DNA of 64,000 nucleotides from an uncultured Novosphingobium sp. (GTDB lineage Bacteria; Pseudomonadota; Alphaproteobacteria; Sphingomonadales; Sphingomonadaceae): NCBI GenBank assembly GCA_964413325.1, contig CAYPRK010000010.1, positions 47,595 to 111,594 of the forward strand, read 5' to 3'. Shown piece by piece: positions 27,701 to 35,570 of this stretch (position 1 is its first letter; each line of letters starts with the position of its first letter). The notes under the pieces were generated by a model. It saw only the letters and a program-made list of their open reading frames with translations, ran no database searches and was not told where the DNA came from. The position numbers and the translations under genes were made by a program.

Positions 27701-30700
27701 GCGGCTGCCGTCGCTGCGCAGCGGCGCGGTCGGATCGAACAGCACTGTGCCCGAAAGGTCGGTCACGCTGCCCTTATCGAGCACCACGCCATCGCCCGCG
27801 CCGAGCTTGCCGATGAAATAGAGGAAATGCTCGGAGCCGGGCGTCGTGAAAATCTGGTTGTTGGTCTGGAGCGAACCGTCTGCGTTGGTGAGGCCGGCCG
27901 TGTTGATCGCGCCGAGGCGGTAGCGGCCCTGCGCGTCCGCCGCGCCGAATACCGCGTCGAACCCGCTGCCGCCCTGCGCCTTGTCGACCAGACCGATGCC
28001 GGTGACGTCAAGCGCACCGGGCAGGCGCGCTTCCTGCAGGATCGAGCCGCCGTGCAGCACGATCGAGCCGGCGTTGTACAGCTTGGGCGTGACGATCCGC
28101 GCGCCGACCGCGCCGGTGATGTTGCCGCCTTCGAGCACATCGAGTTCGATCAACCCGGAGAGCTTGAGGTTTGCCGCCCGGCGATACCACGCCTCGGCCG
28201 GCACCGCAGGCTTCAGGATCGACAGGATATCCCCGCCGCTCGCCAGCGTCAGCAGCCGTTGCTGCGCGGCGGTGTCAAGCACGGTCGGCAGATTGACCTG
28301 CGTGAGGTCGAGCGTCTGGCCCCGGCCAACGGCAAGCGTCGTCGTGTCGAAGAACGCCGAAATCCCGGTGCTGTTGTTGTCGAACAGGTTGGAGACCAGC
28401 CGCGAATGGTAGGTCGTGACGCCGAGTGTGCCGAAGCCGGTCTGCGCCAGGAAATCGAGCCCGATGCGGGTCGCCAGCGGGCTGCCGCCGGCAGGGCCAA
28501 ACACGACCTCGGGCGAAATGAGGCTGAACGTGCCGCCGCTCGAGAAGCCGAAGCCGCGCAGCGAGGAAGCGGAGAACGTGACCGAGCTGCGCTGCTCTTC
28601 CGGCACCAGCGACGGCGTGACGCCGACCGTCGTCGGGGTCGCGTCGAGCGGAGTGAACGCCACGCCCTGCCCTTGGACCTGCGCGCCGGCACTTTCGGCC
28701 GGGTCGGCAAGGATCGGCACGACCGAGGCGTAGGTCGTCTCGTTGCGCAGCGTGATGTTGCCGCCGCTCGCATCAACGCGGAACGCGCGCAGCGGAGAAA
28801 CATAGGCGCCTGCCGTGACGTCGAGCAACGCCGAACTGGCAATGGCCAGGCTGCCTGAGAGATCGACCGCGCGGGTCGCCGAGGTGGCGCTCGCCCCGAT
28901 CGGCGCGAACACTCGCGGCGCCACAGTGAGGCTGATCGAGCCGCCGTTGATCCACGCCGCCCCACGCGGCGAGCCGGTTTCGGCGTAATCATTGACCCAG
29001 CGCCCTGCGGTGGAAAGCTTGCCGGTGACGGTGATGTCGAACAGGCGCGGCGCATCGGCGGCGGTTTCGTAGGACAGCGCGACATCGTCGTCGGTCCGGA
29101 ACGGGTTGCCGACAGTGCCGATCCCTGCGCTGAACACCGACGACAGCGCATAAGTCCGCGCGGCGATCTTGCCGCTCGCGATCCGCACATCGCCGTCCAA
29201 GGTGATCGACCGGCCTGCGTCGATCTGCAGCGTACCGCCGTCGGCCAGGGTAAGCGCCGCATCACCCCGGAGCGCGGCATTGAGGCTGACGCGTCCGCTC
29301 GTCTGCAGCATCAGCGCGGAGAGACCAGCCTTGCTGAGCATGTCAGCATCGAGCGCGATGGTCTCGATCCCTCCGCCCAGCGCGCCGAGACCCAGCACGA
29401 TGTCCTGGCCCAACCCGATCGATGAGCTGCCGCTGAACGAGCCGATGCGCAGCAGGCCGCCCGAAGGCAGCTGCGCCGCACTGCGCTGCAAGAGACGCGG
29501 ATCGCCGGCGAGCGAGGACTTTGAGGTGGGCTGGACTGCGCCCGCGATCTGGTTCGCACCGGCAAAGGCATCGCCGTGCACCGTCGCGCCGAAGGAAATC
29601 TGGCTGCCCACGACCATCAGCGCGCCGGCATCGCGGCCTTCGTCGTAGGCGGGCTGGAGGCGGGCACCGGCGATCAGCGTGCTGCCGAAGGTATCGCTGG
29701 AGCCAGTACGCGGCTGGGTGACAGTAAAGCCGTCGCCCACGCCGATATAATCATCGTTGGGGTCGGCCTGGGAAATGTCGATGATCCGGCCATCGCGCGT
29801 GATCAGGCGGGAGGTCGCGAGGAAGCCGGACTTGTAGCTTGTCCAGCCGCCGGAAATGTCGAACAGCGCGCTGCGGGCGATATTGATGGCACCAATCGTG
29901 CTGGCATCGAGATTGTTTGACGCCGAGACTGCACCGATGTCGATGCTGATCGTGCCCGCCTTGGTAAGCAGTTCGGCGGAGGTCACGGGAATTTGGCTGG
30001 TGGCCGAAGCGGCTTCGAGCAGCGGCGAGCCAACCCAGGCCACGCCGTCGCTGCGCACGCCGGAAATGCGCGGATCGACGACCAGCGTCTGGCCGTTCAG
30101 AGTAAAGCTGCCGTCGGCAGACAATTCGCGGTAGTTCGGCGTATCGCGCAGTTCGTTGCGCTTGGCCGGCGAAATCGTGACGGCATTGCGCGATGCGCCG
30201 ATCTCGACGCCCTTGAGGCCGGACACATCGATGATCGCGCCCTCGCCGATCGTCACCGAAGCGCGCACGGCGGCGTTGATCGCGAAGTTGCCCTCGGTCA
30301 CATCGTGGCCGATCACCACCTTCGCGCCCGGGGCGAACACGAAGGCATTGCGCTGCATGTCGAGGATGGACGGCAGCAGCCCCACGTCGCCAGATCCGTC
30401 GGCCGCGAGGTAGCTCGAAATCCCCGCGCCGATGGTCAGCTGCGAGGTCTTGAAGTTCGGCGGGCTGTCCGCGCTGCCCTGCGGGATGGTTTCGCCGTTA
30501 TCATCGGCGGTGATGGTGATGCCGCTGGCCTTGCTCAGGTCTTCCGAACCGGTGAGCGTGACCTTGCCCGCTATCAGCGCGATCTTGCCGTTGCGCGAAA
30601 CGCTCGTGGTGGCGCTGAGCAGGCCGCTGTTCTCAACCGTGCCAAACACCCCGGCACCGAGCGAGAGGTAGCCGCGCCGCGACGAGATGAGGCCAATATT

Positions 30701-31966
30701 GACGACATGGCCCTGATCGGGCTGCGTATCACCCGGCGCAGACGGCGCGGCGGGGATCTGCGTCGAGAAGATGATGCCGCGCACGTTCTGATCGGCCGAA
30801 CCCGCCGCACCAGTCGAGACCGTCGCACCGATGAGGCGGCCGCCTTGCAGGCTGACCTGACCATCGGTGGCGCTGATCACGCCGGCATTCACCACGCTCG
30901 GGCCTGCGAGCACGACCATGCCGCCCGCATCCGCCGTGATCTGTGCCCCGCCATAGACGGCAACATCGCCTTCCAGCGTGGCCGGCACGGGCAGCCGGAC
31001 AGTCACATCGTAGAGGCCGCCGGGGAGAAGCCCGGAGAGGAATTGCGGCTTGTAGGTAGAGACGCCCGAAAGTAGCAGACCGTTCTGAAGATAGGCGGTG
31101 TTGCGGTCCTTGATCGAGCTGGCGATGAAGAACTGCCGCTGGCCGACGGCCTTCACACCCGAGGCGAAGTTGCCCAGTTCGAGGCTGCTGGCAATGAGCG
31201 AGTGCAGGTTGACCTGCGCGGTCGGCCCGAACAGCACGCCCGACCGGTTGAGGATCAGCACCGTGCCATCGGCCTTGATCGAGCCGAGGATCACGCTGGG
31301 ATCCTGCGCATCGACCACGCGGTTGACGACGCTCCAGCTCTTCTGGGACACGCCGTTCTGCTTCTGGTTGAACACCAGCGTGGTGTTCGAAGAAACGTCG
31401 AAATTCTGCCAGCTGAGCAGCGCGCGGCTCTGCGACTGGTCAATCGTGACAGTGACCTTGCCCGCAGAATCCGTCGTCTGCACCGGCGCGCTCGCGCCTT
31501 CCCAGGTGCTGAGGCCGGTTGTGTCCCGCGCCGCCCTTACCGAATCCGGCACGGCATTGGCGGTTATCGTGGTCGTGCTGGCCCCTGCCGCGACATAGAG
31601 CGTCGCCGCGCGCACCGGCGCAATCGGATTGAGGCCCTTGTCCGAGATGCCGTCGGTCGGCGTCTTGCGGATCGAGGCGAGCGCAGCACTGCGCGCGGTG
31701 GTAACATAGCCTGCCAGTGCCTTGGCGCGGTCCTGCAGCGCCTGCTGGCGGGCGATGGCCGCCTGCATCGAGGGGCTGCGCACGGTGCCGGTCGTCGGCG
31801 CGGTGGACACCGCCGCCTGTGTGATCGTCCCGGCATTCGCGCGCATCTGCGCGAGCTGTGCGTGCGCGGCTTGCGGCATCGCAAGGCCGAGCACGATCGC
31901 ACCGGCACTCACGCTGCCCAGCAGAGCGCGCGCGGCAAACGGGACACGAGCGGTGCTGTTGGTCAT
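18731..31966 (-). CDS. Giant filamentous-haemagglutinin-family TpsA exoprotein (~4410 aa) with N-terminal TPS domain and DUF3739-like C-terminus
   Basis: Signal peptide ending AAHA; TPS domain 'ALLSWQNFDV...VVNRV...ILGSIKADGTVLILNRSGVLFG'; beta-helix-like G/T/S/I-rich repeats throughout; C-terminal 'GDIVLFSSNGDLNAGQG...GTVDAGDAGVRASG'. Confidence 0.9.
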   Translation of the reverse strand: MTNSTARVPFAARALLGSVSAGAIVLGLAMPQAAHAQLAQMRANAGTITQAAVSTAPTTGTVRSPSMQAAIARQQALQDRAKALAGYVTTARSAALASIRKTPTDGISDKGLNPIAPVRAATLYVAAGASTTTITANAVPDSVRAARDTTGLSTWEGASAPVQTTDSAGKVTVTIDQSQSRALLSWQNFDVSSNTTLVFNQKQNGVSQKSWSVVNRVVDAQDPSVILGSIKADGTVLILNRSGVLFGPTAQVNLHSLIASSLELGNFASGVKAVGQRQFFIASSIKDRNTAYLQNGLLLSGVSTYKPQFLSGLLPGGLYDVTVRLPVPATLEGDVAVYGGAQITADAGGMVVLAGPSVVNAGVISATDGQVSLQGGRLIGATVSTGAAGSADQNVRGIIFSTQIPAAPSAPGDTQPDQGHVVNIGLISSRRGYLSLGAGVFGTVENSGLLSATTSVSRNGKIALIAGKVTLTGSEDLSKASGITITADDNGETIPQGSADSPPNFKTSQLTIGAGISSYLAADGSGDVGLLPSILDMQRNAFVFAPGAKVVIGHDVTEGNFAINAAVRASVTIGEGAIIDVSGLKGVEIGASRNAVTISPAKRNELRDTPNYRELSADGSFTLNGQTLVVDPRISGVRSDGVAWVGSPLLEAASATSQIPVTSAELLTKAGTISIDIGAVSASNNLDASTIGAINIARSALFDISGGWTSYKSGFLATSRLITRDGRIIDISQADPNDDYIGVGDGFTVTQPRTGSSDTFGSTLIAGARLQPAYDEGRDAGALMVVGSQISFGATVHGDAFAGANQIAGAVQPTSKSSLAGDPRLLQRSAAQLPSGGLLRIGSFSGSSSIGLGQDIVLGLGALGGGIETIALDADMLSKAGLSALMLQTSGRVSLNAALRGDAALTLADGGTLQIDAGRSITLDGDVRIASGKIAARTYALSSVFSAGIGTVGNPFRTDDDVALSYETAADAPRLFDITVTGKLSTAGRWVNDYAETGSPRGAAWINGGSISLTVAPRVFAPIGASATSATRAVDLSGSLAIASSALLDVTAGAYVSPLRAFRVDASGGNITLRNETTYASVVPILADPAESAGAQVQGQGVAFTPLDATPTTVGVTPSLVPEEQRSSVTFSASSLRGFGFSSGGTFSLISPEVVFGPAGGSPLATRIGLDFLAQTGFGTLGVTTYHSRLVSNLFDNNSTGISAFFDTTTLAVGRGQTLDLTQVNLPTVLDTAAQQRLLTLASGGDILSILKPAVPAEAWYRRAANLKLSGLIELDVLEGGNITGAVGARIVTPKLYNAGSIVLHGGSILQEARLPGALDVTGIGLVDKAQGGSGFDAVFGAADAQGRYRLGAINTAGLTNADGSLQTNNQIFTTPGSEHFLYFIGKLGAGDGVVLDKGSVTDLSGTVLFDPTAPLRSDGSRYRFGRLFGGGSLTSAAAYNPQSDTSYALFGNPAYGFPAYPDPTSISPTPPPLLADVAPRMLVARPGSTLDLSGIAVTLDVPVSATDYAPTLQWTNGGTLALGGGGSLSGATVLASGGTAQATGGTLAWLRPVIRGKDDGLGLRDVAFADAIESSGFSSLVAYGGLALDGKFTLSLNKSLLVQSAPRLNEDLVGTNAQIAISATSGTDATIAAPYIAFASRTGAVPTASAATGDAKVRFAAGASGIDFIGSTLFGSSIASTQLDSLGDVRLIGIDDRNDTTQLPVLNGSLVSSGDLTFDAARVYTTTGSGNLQRILEGEAAGTSTTGLAPYLVSALGSSTITFLGDNINKTTPLSAGSYLRITANKVVQNGFLAAPLGRIEFGTAASPIDTLIFGPDSITSVSAGGRKIPYGTTTDLKEYFFTAGTSSPITVTPSGQLRLTGNAITVQAGGLINGSGGGDIFAYEFVSGTGGSRDVLSRFNSDAFSSNDYDPATGTGYQYADHRQVYALVPTETAAKIALYDPLYAADYAGGSSPTNLYGADGGLSVTLDGGNGIAAGQYVLMPAHYALLPGAYRIVENTGTSAPASGTSQVLRDGTIVMGGTYSTAGTSLTESVRRSFSIMSQDTLLKFSRIETTSGSKAISDAATAAGRTPSRLPLDAARVVLAPLASLKVEGSFDMSPGTKGRGAQVDILGSRILINHSGDGGAAGELVLADSTLAKLDAASLMIGATRQDNADDTTTLNVFANRITVGSSARLTVPEVVFAVGGQGARLTVADGAQITATGTLSDTRAGDYLVNSSTTTGSTFDQTGIGSVLRLSSGPERLLTRVGAVAAGNTGRLASLNIGAAKLTAASLLMETSRNLAVDDGAVLAASGMALISDEISFGTPFGIGANLESKLAAAESLTLRSAGPIAFLPGSRHVFRNLTLDTTAVTLATGTGGSDSLTLVADNLRLTNSSGKVASCSFISGALCGSTGNALTIETGGLTLGSGTLRPYSFDGGVKITATKGIYYSGKGTLDLGTAKLDLVTPFIADRAAVVDLSKAAVTASDSITPAGNYTIPVTPNYTFATSGAVSVTAPTLAAGATAPTAAGIRAPGAHLTFGGASSPVESLTIDGARLSATAGVIDAQAKGAITLSGAAALATAGFSRTYGDSTTSTTVSAGGGTVNLVSLNGNIVLPSTASLSVDNGIGNAGRINLLASRGAITFDAVLNPGLTGNRLASLTFDAGQSAFDFDGFVQRYGTFFGGDIAIRAGKGDLSLASGRNLRASSIALTADGGSIVIGGALDTSGADISKLTAAQAELARVNGGDIALWGMSGVTLQAGSLLDTRTSGYGDTDSRQTSGGDVTIGIGDTGGAITIAQGAKLDLSATRTVKAVAAGKTGNRLLPRTVKDPSTLVNTTVYTFVEADTGGNLTLRAPVLGANDDKVDVRLHGVVTGTQSVSVEGYKTYNLDEIGVSGLFTGVISTPNAVFLDTTPDGTNILSDVFKGADGTASIPWFIRNFNVTAVDGSSLAGMRLRPGVDLVSAVDIALVTNWNLAAGTVNVDRAAADGVMTAIPELGPGPGNKPYYAVVAGQEGNLLENYTSFLYRVGARASGEAGVISLRAGGGLDISASISDGFFTFGDKSDPNWINYQLGGGDRTFNPALLLSCGTDLNCQSLVKYSDVLAGTAVAGQDSALSIGLSRFYQGSQQGSAGLTAPYIARNNSVTASSFAIDPNTGEYSGDALGFAQLFPLLADGSPIRSTSLRLTAGTGASPSANPLHVDRATTASIIVQGEKSYELVATQGSALFGTGVDLSLAVTTAPIGQGPVYSLANLLGANGTGSAQAAGLGSDTYTTISWGTGSVGAGAELRDAAAAYFTGGNSGTFVRNSAGIITGVAAPLASMLGFLTKNQSLIVNGIATGTGGYPTGRLTAPTVANYGSQLAYTHSLVRTGDGSIDLAASGNIDLRNGVDAVYRSERGVTASAPRSGNAQIGGTAIYTAGHRVAASTLLATVVGTNTELRVPLASAYGTIPAQDLGFIPSPKGLDDQAAVFATGGGRVTLDAGGSILGRRDVWSETFLGSGATIGATRVSSFDVTQIGDSSQRWRPGIVGQDTEIGIAPKYFTSGVGALAGGDVTLRAGADMTDLTVALNSAVTTGMATTASGTSAGLVQVNLGSGDFSATIGGDLGAGQFDISTGRAAIAVGGNVTAFGSERSSSTTDNAQYLRLRTTSAAVSLTAQGDIALAGVSALGAWRSGDPRSKYDAAGFFAPEGALSAVATGELRYIGNRVEQTVPFQIGAGGAGIFAGHVLSPRLSLAALSGDLTMPELPMLLYPAPQGNLQLFSAGNLSSLVIAMSDSDPSLLPGAFSAAQLNLESITTSGSGNVTALAGLGFGIPGSDITTSDYLLRLYHNEQTTHAGDTTAAEIFAGGDVTRSVINLAKQSRITAGRDIVNLYFTGQNSSASDTTTITAGRDIVGTTTSSAIANLPYIVSSNFTLGGQGTFQIQAGRDIGPFINSATIDNISYAGGIQTVGNDVNPWLAPIGADLTVLFGVSKGVNYEGLSSTYLDPANAAKLDGALFVQVTDALGNDRPDRTRPVYAPILAKWLRARAPAAFEAVFGTASYPDTTDGNAALASAAYGRMADLFAAFQGLDPLLRQSFLVKEVFYRELQQSPSIQAYRAVDTLFPAAWGYTNNLAEFTTDPATVTDDHPLGQPVRNLAGGQPVKATQVVTGSIDLRLATLETTRGGDITILGPGGNFIGGSVVRTSEQAARRVSRFGVGPTSSLIYGAINNTNVRAISNIPIGYEGVLSLRGGKIYSFTDGNLLVNQSRVFSVGGGDIVLFSSNGDLNAGQGPRSASNFPPVTVRFNLDGYAEVDSAGSVSGAGIGAFKPSPDSPASSVSLIAPVGTVDAGDAGVRASGDVVVIAARVANADAISSSSGSISGVPSSAPTVVATPAGANSAVAAQSNGQNSGNSTEKRSVITVEVKGFAGSDVCDDPNDPNCKAN

Positions 31967-31979
31967 CGGGCTATCCTGA

Positions 31980-32504
31980 TCAGGATTCACTGGCGTCGGT
32001 CGGCGCGGCGGCGTCAGGGGCAGGATTTGGCGCGGTGCCCTTGGCTGGTGCGGGCTGCTCCGCCGCAGGCGCAGGCTCCGGCGCAGGCTTCACCGGCACA
32101 TCATTCTGCGCATCATAAAGCGCCTCCGACAGCGCCTGCATCTCGAACTCGAAGCGGCGGCGGCCGAGCTGGAACGGATCCTTGTGGATCTTGCGCCAAC
32201 GCGCCTCGTAGCCTTCGACGAGCTGGCGTCCGATGCGCACGAGGCGCCCGTTCTTCACGCGGCAGCGCTCGAACGCGACGGCGCGGTTCTTCTCGTCGGC
32301 GAGCTCACGCTCCAGCGTGGCAATTGTCTGCTGGCTGGCAAGCAGGCGCTCGCGCAGCGCTTCGACTTGCGCTTCCGGGCTGGGCGTTCCTTCAGAAGCC
32401 GCGCTGTCGATCTTCGCTGTGGGCGCGGGCGCGGCAGCACAAGCCGGTCCAGCGACGAAACCAAGCGCTGCCGTCGTGGCGGCGAGCAGGAGCAGACCGC
32501 GCAT
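31980..32504 (-). CDS. Secreted coiled-coil hypothetical protein (174 aa) of the TPS-TonB cassette
   Basis: ATGA overlap with the porin stop at 32504; signal peptide 'MRGLLLLAATTAALGFVAGPACA'; heptad-rich middle. This is the real 3' part of listed ORF 31980..33290. Confidence 0.8.
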   Translation of the reverse strand: MRGLLLLAATTAALGFVAGPACAAAPAPTAKIDSAASEGTPSPEAQVEALRERLLASQQTIATLERELADEKNRAVAFERCRVKNGRLVRIGRQLVEGYEARWRKIHKDPFQLGRRRFEFEMQALSEALYDAQNDVPVKPAPEPAPAAEQPAPAKGTAPNPAPDAAAPTDASES

Positions 32505-34408
32505 CAGAACCTCGCGTTGAGGTCGATCATGACCTCGTCGATCGCCAGCGGCTCGCCAGTGATCTCGTTGGCGCTGAACCAGCGCACCTGCAGGTTGGTG
32601 TTGTGGAACAGACCCGCCTGCGCGCCGAGGATGAAGCCGCGCGCATTGGTGCCGCCGAGGTGGAACTCGTCGTTGGTGAACGCGTCGAGCACCGCGTCGC
32701 TGCCGAGCGAGCGCCACTCGCCGAAGACGCGCCATTCGCCGAAGTTCCACGGTTCGCGGCGGCCCAGTTCGACCGAGAAGCTGTAGCCGTCCTTGCCCGC
32801 GACATAAGGAGTACGCTTGGTCACGTCCGTGTCGCAGATGTTGCCGCTGCCGCCGCTGCCGCCGTTGTTGACCGGCTGCCCGGCGAGGCCATAGCGGCAG
32901 GCGCGCGACTTGCGGAACGCGAGGTTGCGCACGTAATCGCCACCGATGAACACGCGGTTCTCGCCCGTCAGCGGGAAGCTCAGCTGACCGCGGATGTTGA
33001 GCACGCTGAACTTCTGCGTCAGGCCAAGCAACTGCGGCTGCGCCTGCACCGTGCTGGCGGGCAGGTTCGGATCGAGCACGATGCGGCGGATGAACGAGAG
33101 CGAGTTGCCCTTCTGCACGTAGAACGCCGCGCTGTTGTCGGTCGAGCACTGCGTCACGCCGAGATAGAGCGGGCACGGATCGGAGGCTCGCCCCTGAATA
33201 TTGAGGAACTTGTTCCATCCGGCGGCAATCGACAGCTCGGTGCGGCCGGCGAAATGCATGTTGGCCTGGATCTGCCCGGCAAACAGCCACTTCTGCGCCG
33301 GATTCAGCTTGGTCGTGGCCGTATCGGGGAAGTTGGAACCGCCGAAATCGAGCGGGAAGGCACCGCCGCGCAAGGTCCAGTCGAGCGCGCCGAACAGGCG
33401 GTGCGGGAAGCGCACTTCGGCCGCAACGCCGTCGAACAGCACGTCGTTGTCGTAGAGCAGTTCGCTCGTCCAGAACGGGTTGTCGAACCGGCCTGCCCAG
33501 AGCGTCACGTTATCCGTTGGCTTGCCTTCGATAAAGGCGCGCTGGAGGTAGAGATTGCGCTTGAACAGCCCGAGCCCGAGGTTGCTGGCGGTAGCCACCG
33601 GCGCCTGATCGTTGCCCGAGGCGAACGTGACGCCGACCTTGATCCCGTCTGAAACCTGCGCATCGAGGCCCAGCCGCAGGCGGTAGCGCAGCTGGTTGTA
33701 GCGCGAGGTCGTCGCGTTGATGAACGGGATCTGGTTGTTGATGAGGTCGAGCGGCCCGGCGGCGACAATCGCCTGGAAGTTTGGCGTCTGCGTCGAATTG
33801 AACTTGCTGACGAGGTTCGTCTGCGAGCGAACGCGGAAATCGCCGAACAGACGCAGGCGCTCGGTCCATTCGGGCGCGGACTTGCCAGGGCTGGCCCAAC
33901 CTTCCTCCCGCGCCTGCTTGATGACGTCGGCACGCAGTTCGTCGCGGATCTGGTCGCGCACAACTTGCGGGATATAGGGCACGCGGATCGTGCCCTGCGG
34001 CGGAGCGGCCATCGCCGTGGCGCCAGGCATTCCCGCGCCGCCGGACATCCCGGCCACCCCGCCAGCCGCAACCGCAGCCGCACCGGCACCGGCAGCGACG
34101 CCGGGCACGGCCTGAGCGGCCTGTGCGGCGGCGGCATTGGCCTGCTCGGCTTCGGCCACTGCCTGCGCGATCAGCTTCTCGCCGTTCTCGCGGGTGATCG
34201 TGCCCTGCGCGACGAGCAGGCGCACCAGATTGACCATGGCATTCCCGGAAGGCTGCGCGGCCACGCCGGCGGCCTGCGCCATGGCGGCTTGCGGTGCCAG
34301 CGCCGTGCCGGCCAGCAGAGCGGCCGCCACAAAAGCCAGGCGGGACATTCCGCCCGAAGTCGCGCGCATAAGTATCTGTCCTTCTTGCATGATCTTGCCC
34401 CCACGCAT
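32504..34408 (-). CDS. Putative outer-membrane porin (Porin_5-like)
   Basis: 'VNLVRLLVAQGTIT', 'IRVPYIPQVVRDQIR', 'RLRLFGDFRVR', 'DAFTNDEFHLGGTNARG'; C-terminal 'DLNARF' ends in Phe. Confidence 0.85.
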   Translation of the reverse strand: MRGGKIMQEGQILMRATSGGMSRLAFVAAALLAGTALAPQAAMAQAAGVAAQPSGNAMVNLVRLLVAQGTITRENGEKLIAQAVAEAEQANAAAAQAAQAVPGVAAGAGAAAVAAGGVAGMSGGAGMPGATAMAAPPQGTIRVPYIPQVVRDQIRDELRADVIKQAREEGWASPGKSAPEWTERLRLFGDFRVRSQTNLVSKFNSTQTPNFQAIVAAGPLDLINNQIPFINATTSRYNQLRYRLRLGLDAQVSDGIKVGVTFASGNDQAPVATASNLGLGLFKRNLYLQRAFIEGKPTDNVTLWAGRFDNPFWTSELLYDNDVLFDGVAAEVRFPHRLFGALDWTLRGGAFPLDFGGSNFPDTATTKLNPAQKWLFAGQIQANMHFAGRTELSIAAGWNKFLNIQGRASDPCPLYLGVTQCSTDNSAAFYVQKGNSLSFIRRIVLDPNLPASTVQAQPQLLGLTQKFSVLNIRGQLSFPLTGENRVFIGGDYVRNLAFRKSRACRYGLAGQPVNNGGSGGSGNICDTDVTKRTPYVAGKDGYSFSVELGRREPWNFGEWRVFGEWRSLGSDAVLDAFTNDEFHLGGTNARGFILGAQAGLFHNTNLQVRWFSANEITGEPLAIDEVMIDLNARF

Positions 34409-35112
34409 CAGATGGCCCGCTTTCCGCGCACGGTGATGCGCTGCGGGAAGCGGACGCCGCTTGGCGGCGGGTCGAGGTTGGTGACGGCCATCAGCACGCT
34501 GCGCAGCGCCTGATCGCGATCATCGCGGCCGCTGCTCTTGAGCAGCGCGGCCTGCGTGATGCGTCCGCCCGGAGAAATCGTGATCGCGAAATCGGCCGCG
34601 AAGACCAGCCGGTTGAGCCGGTTGTCGCGCGAGATGCGCTCTTGCAGCACGGCGCTGAGGTAGCGGCGGTAGAACACTTCCCCCATGCCGCCGCCGCCCA
34701 CCGCGCCGCAGTTGGCACCGAGGCAGTTGCCAGTTCCGCTCGGCGCGCCATTGCCGCCGCCGGAACCGGCCTGCAGGCCGAACGAGTCCGAACCGGCCTG
34801 CGCCGGGCCATTGATCGTCACCGGCGCGGCTGCGGGCTTGGGTGGTTCGTTGTTGGGAACCGGCGCAGGATCGGGCTTCAGCTGCGGCTCGGGCGGCTTT
34901 TCCGGCGGAGGCGGTGGTGGCGGCGGCGGAGGCGGCAGCATTTCGACCGCCTGCGGCGGCGGTGCCTCCACCTTCACTCCGCTTGTCGCAGTGAGCGATG
35001 AGAACACGAACCACAGCACGGCAACCAGCGCCAAACCGCCGAGCGCGAGCGGCAGCCACTTCATGGCGCCGCCCTCTTTCTCGGGCTCGGGCTGGGGGGG
35101 AACGCGGGCCAC
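34408..35112 (-). CDS. TonB/TolA-like energy transducer
   Basis: Single N-terminal TM, poly-Pro/Glu-Lys linker, C-terminal 'ITISPGGRITQAALLKSSGRDDRD' domain; directly downstream of exbD. Confidence 0.8.
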   Translation of the reverse strand: MARVPPQPEPEKEGGAMKWLPLALGGLALVAVLWFVFSSLTATSGVKVEAPPPQAVEMLPPPPPPPPPPPEKPPEPQLKPDPAPVPNNEPPKPAAAPVTINGPAQAGSDSFGLQAGSGGGNGAPSGTGNCLGANCGAVGGGGMGEVFYRRYLSAVLQERISRDNRLNRLVFAADFAITISPGGRITQAALLKSSGRDDRDQALRSVLMAVTNLDPPPSGVRFPQRITVRGKRAI

Positions 35113-35125
35113 CGGCTATCTCGGA

Positions 35126-35533
35126 TCAGGAAGCGGTCGGCTTGCCGGTGACGAGGCCGACCTTGCTCAGATCGAGCTGGCGGCACAAGTCGAGCACTTC
35201 GGTGATCTTGCCGTACTGCGCGGTCTGATCGCCCTTCAGCACGATCGGCACGTCCGGATTCGTGGCCTTGGCATTGCGCAGGCGCGTCTCGAGGTCCGCC
35301 AGCGTCACCGGGAAGGCATCCATGAAGATCTGCCCCTGGTTGTTGACGGTGATGGCTATTGTCTTGGGCTGCACGAGACTCTTGGCCGAGCTTGCCTTGG
35401 GCAGATCGACCTTGATGCCCTGCACCGATGCCGTCGCCATCAGGATGAAGATGACCAGCAGCACGTAGGCAAGATCGAGCATCGGGGTGATGTTGATATC
35501 GTCGTAGGCCTTGCGGCCGCCACCAACGTCCAT
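35126..35533 (-). CDS. exbD: Biopolymer transport protein ExbD/TolR
   Basis: 'DINITPMLDLAYVLLVIF' with the conserved TM Asp; 'IVLKGDQTAQYG'. Confidence 0.92.
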   Translation of the reverse strand: MDVGGGRKAYDDINITPMLDLAYVLLVIFILMATASVQGIKVDLPKASSAKSLVQPKTIAITVNNQGQIFMDAFPVTLADLETRLRNAKATNPDVPIVLKGDQTAQYGKITEVLDLCRQLDLSKVGLVTGKPTAS

Positions 35534-35570
35534 CGGTCAGTTCCTTTCGTAATTCAGCGCAGCGTCGGGA

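Noticed and set aside
31980-33290. 436 aa ORF as listed in the track
   Set aside because: The first ~260 aa are an alternative frame of the porin gene; the real gene starts at the ATGA overlap at 32504. The same applies to listed ORFs 44181-45227 (gspG starts 44781), 47250-48266 (gspM starts 47709) and 5970-7433 (export gene starts ~7178).
34890-34940. Poly-Pro (ccg/cca/cct) runs in tonB, and the similar run at ~63030-63060 in mlaA
   Set aside because: Ordinary proline-rich linkers for these families.
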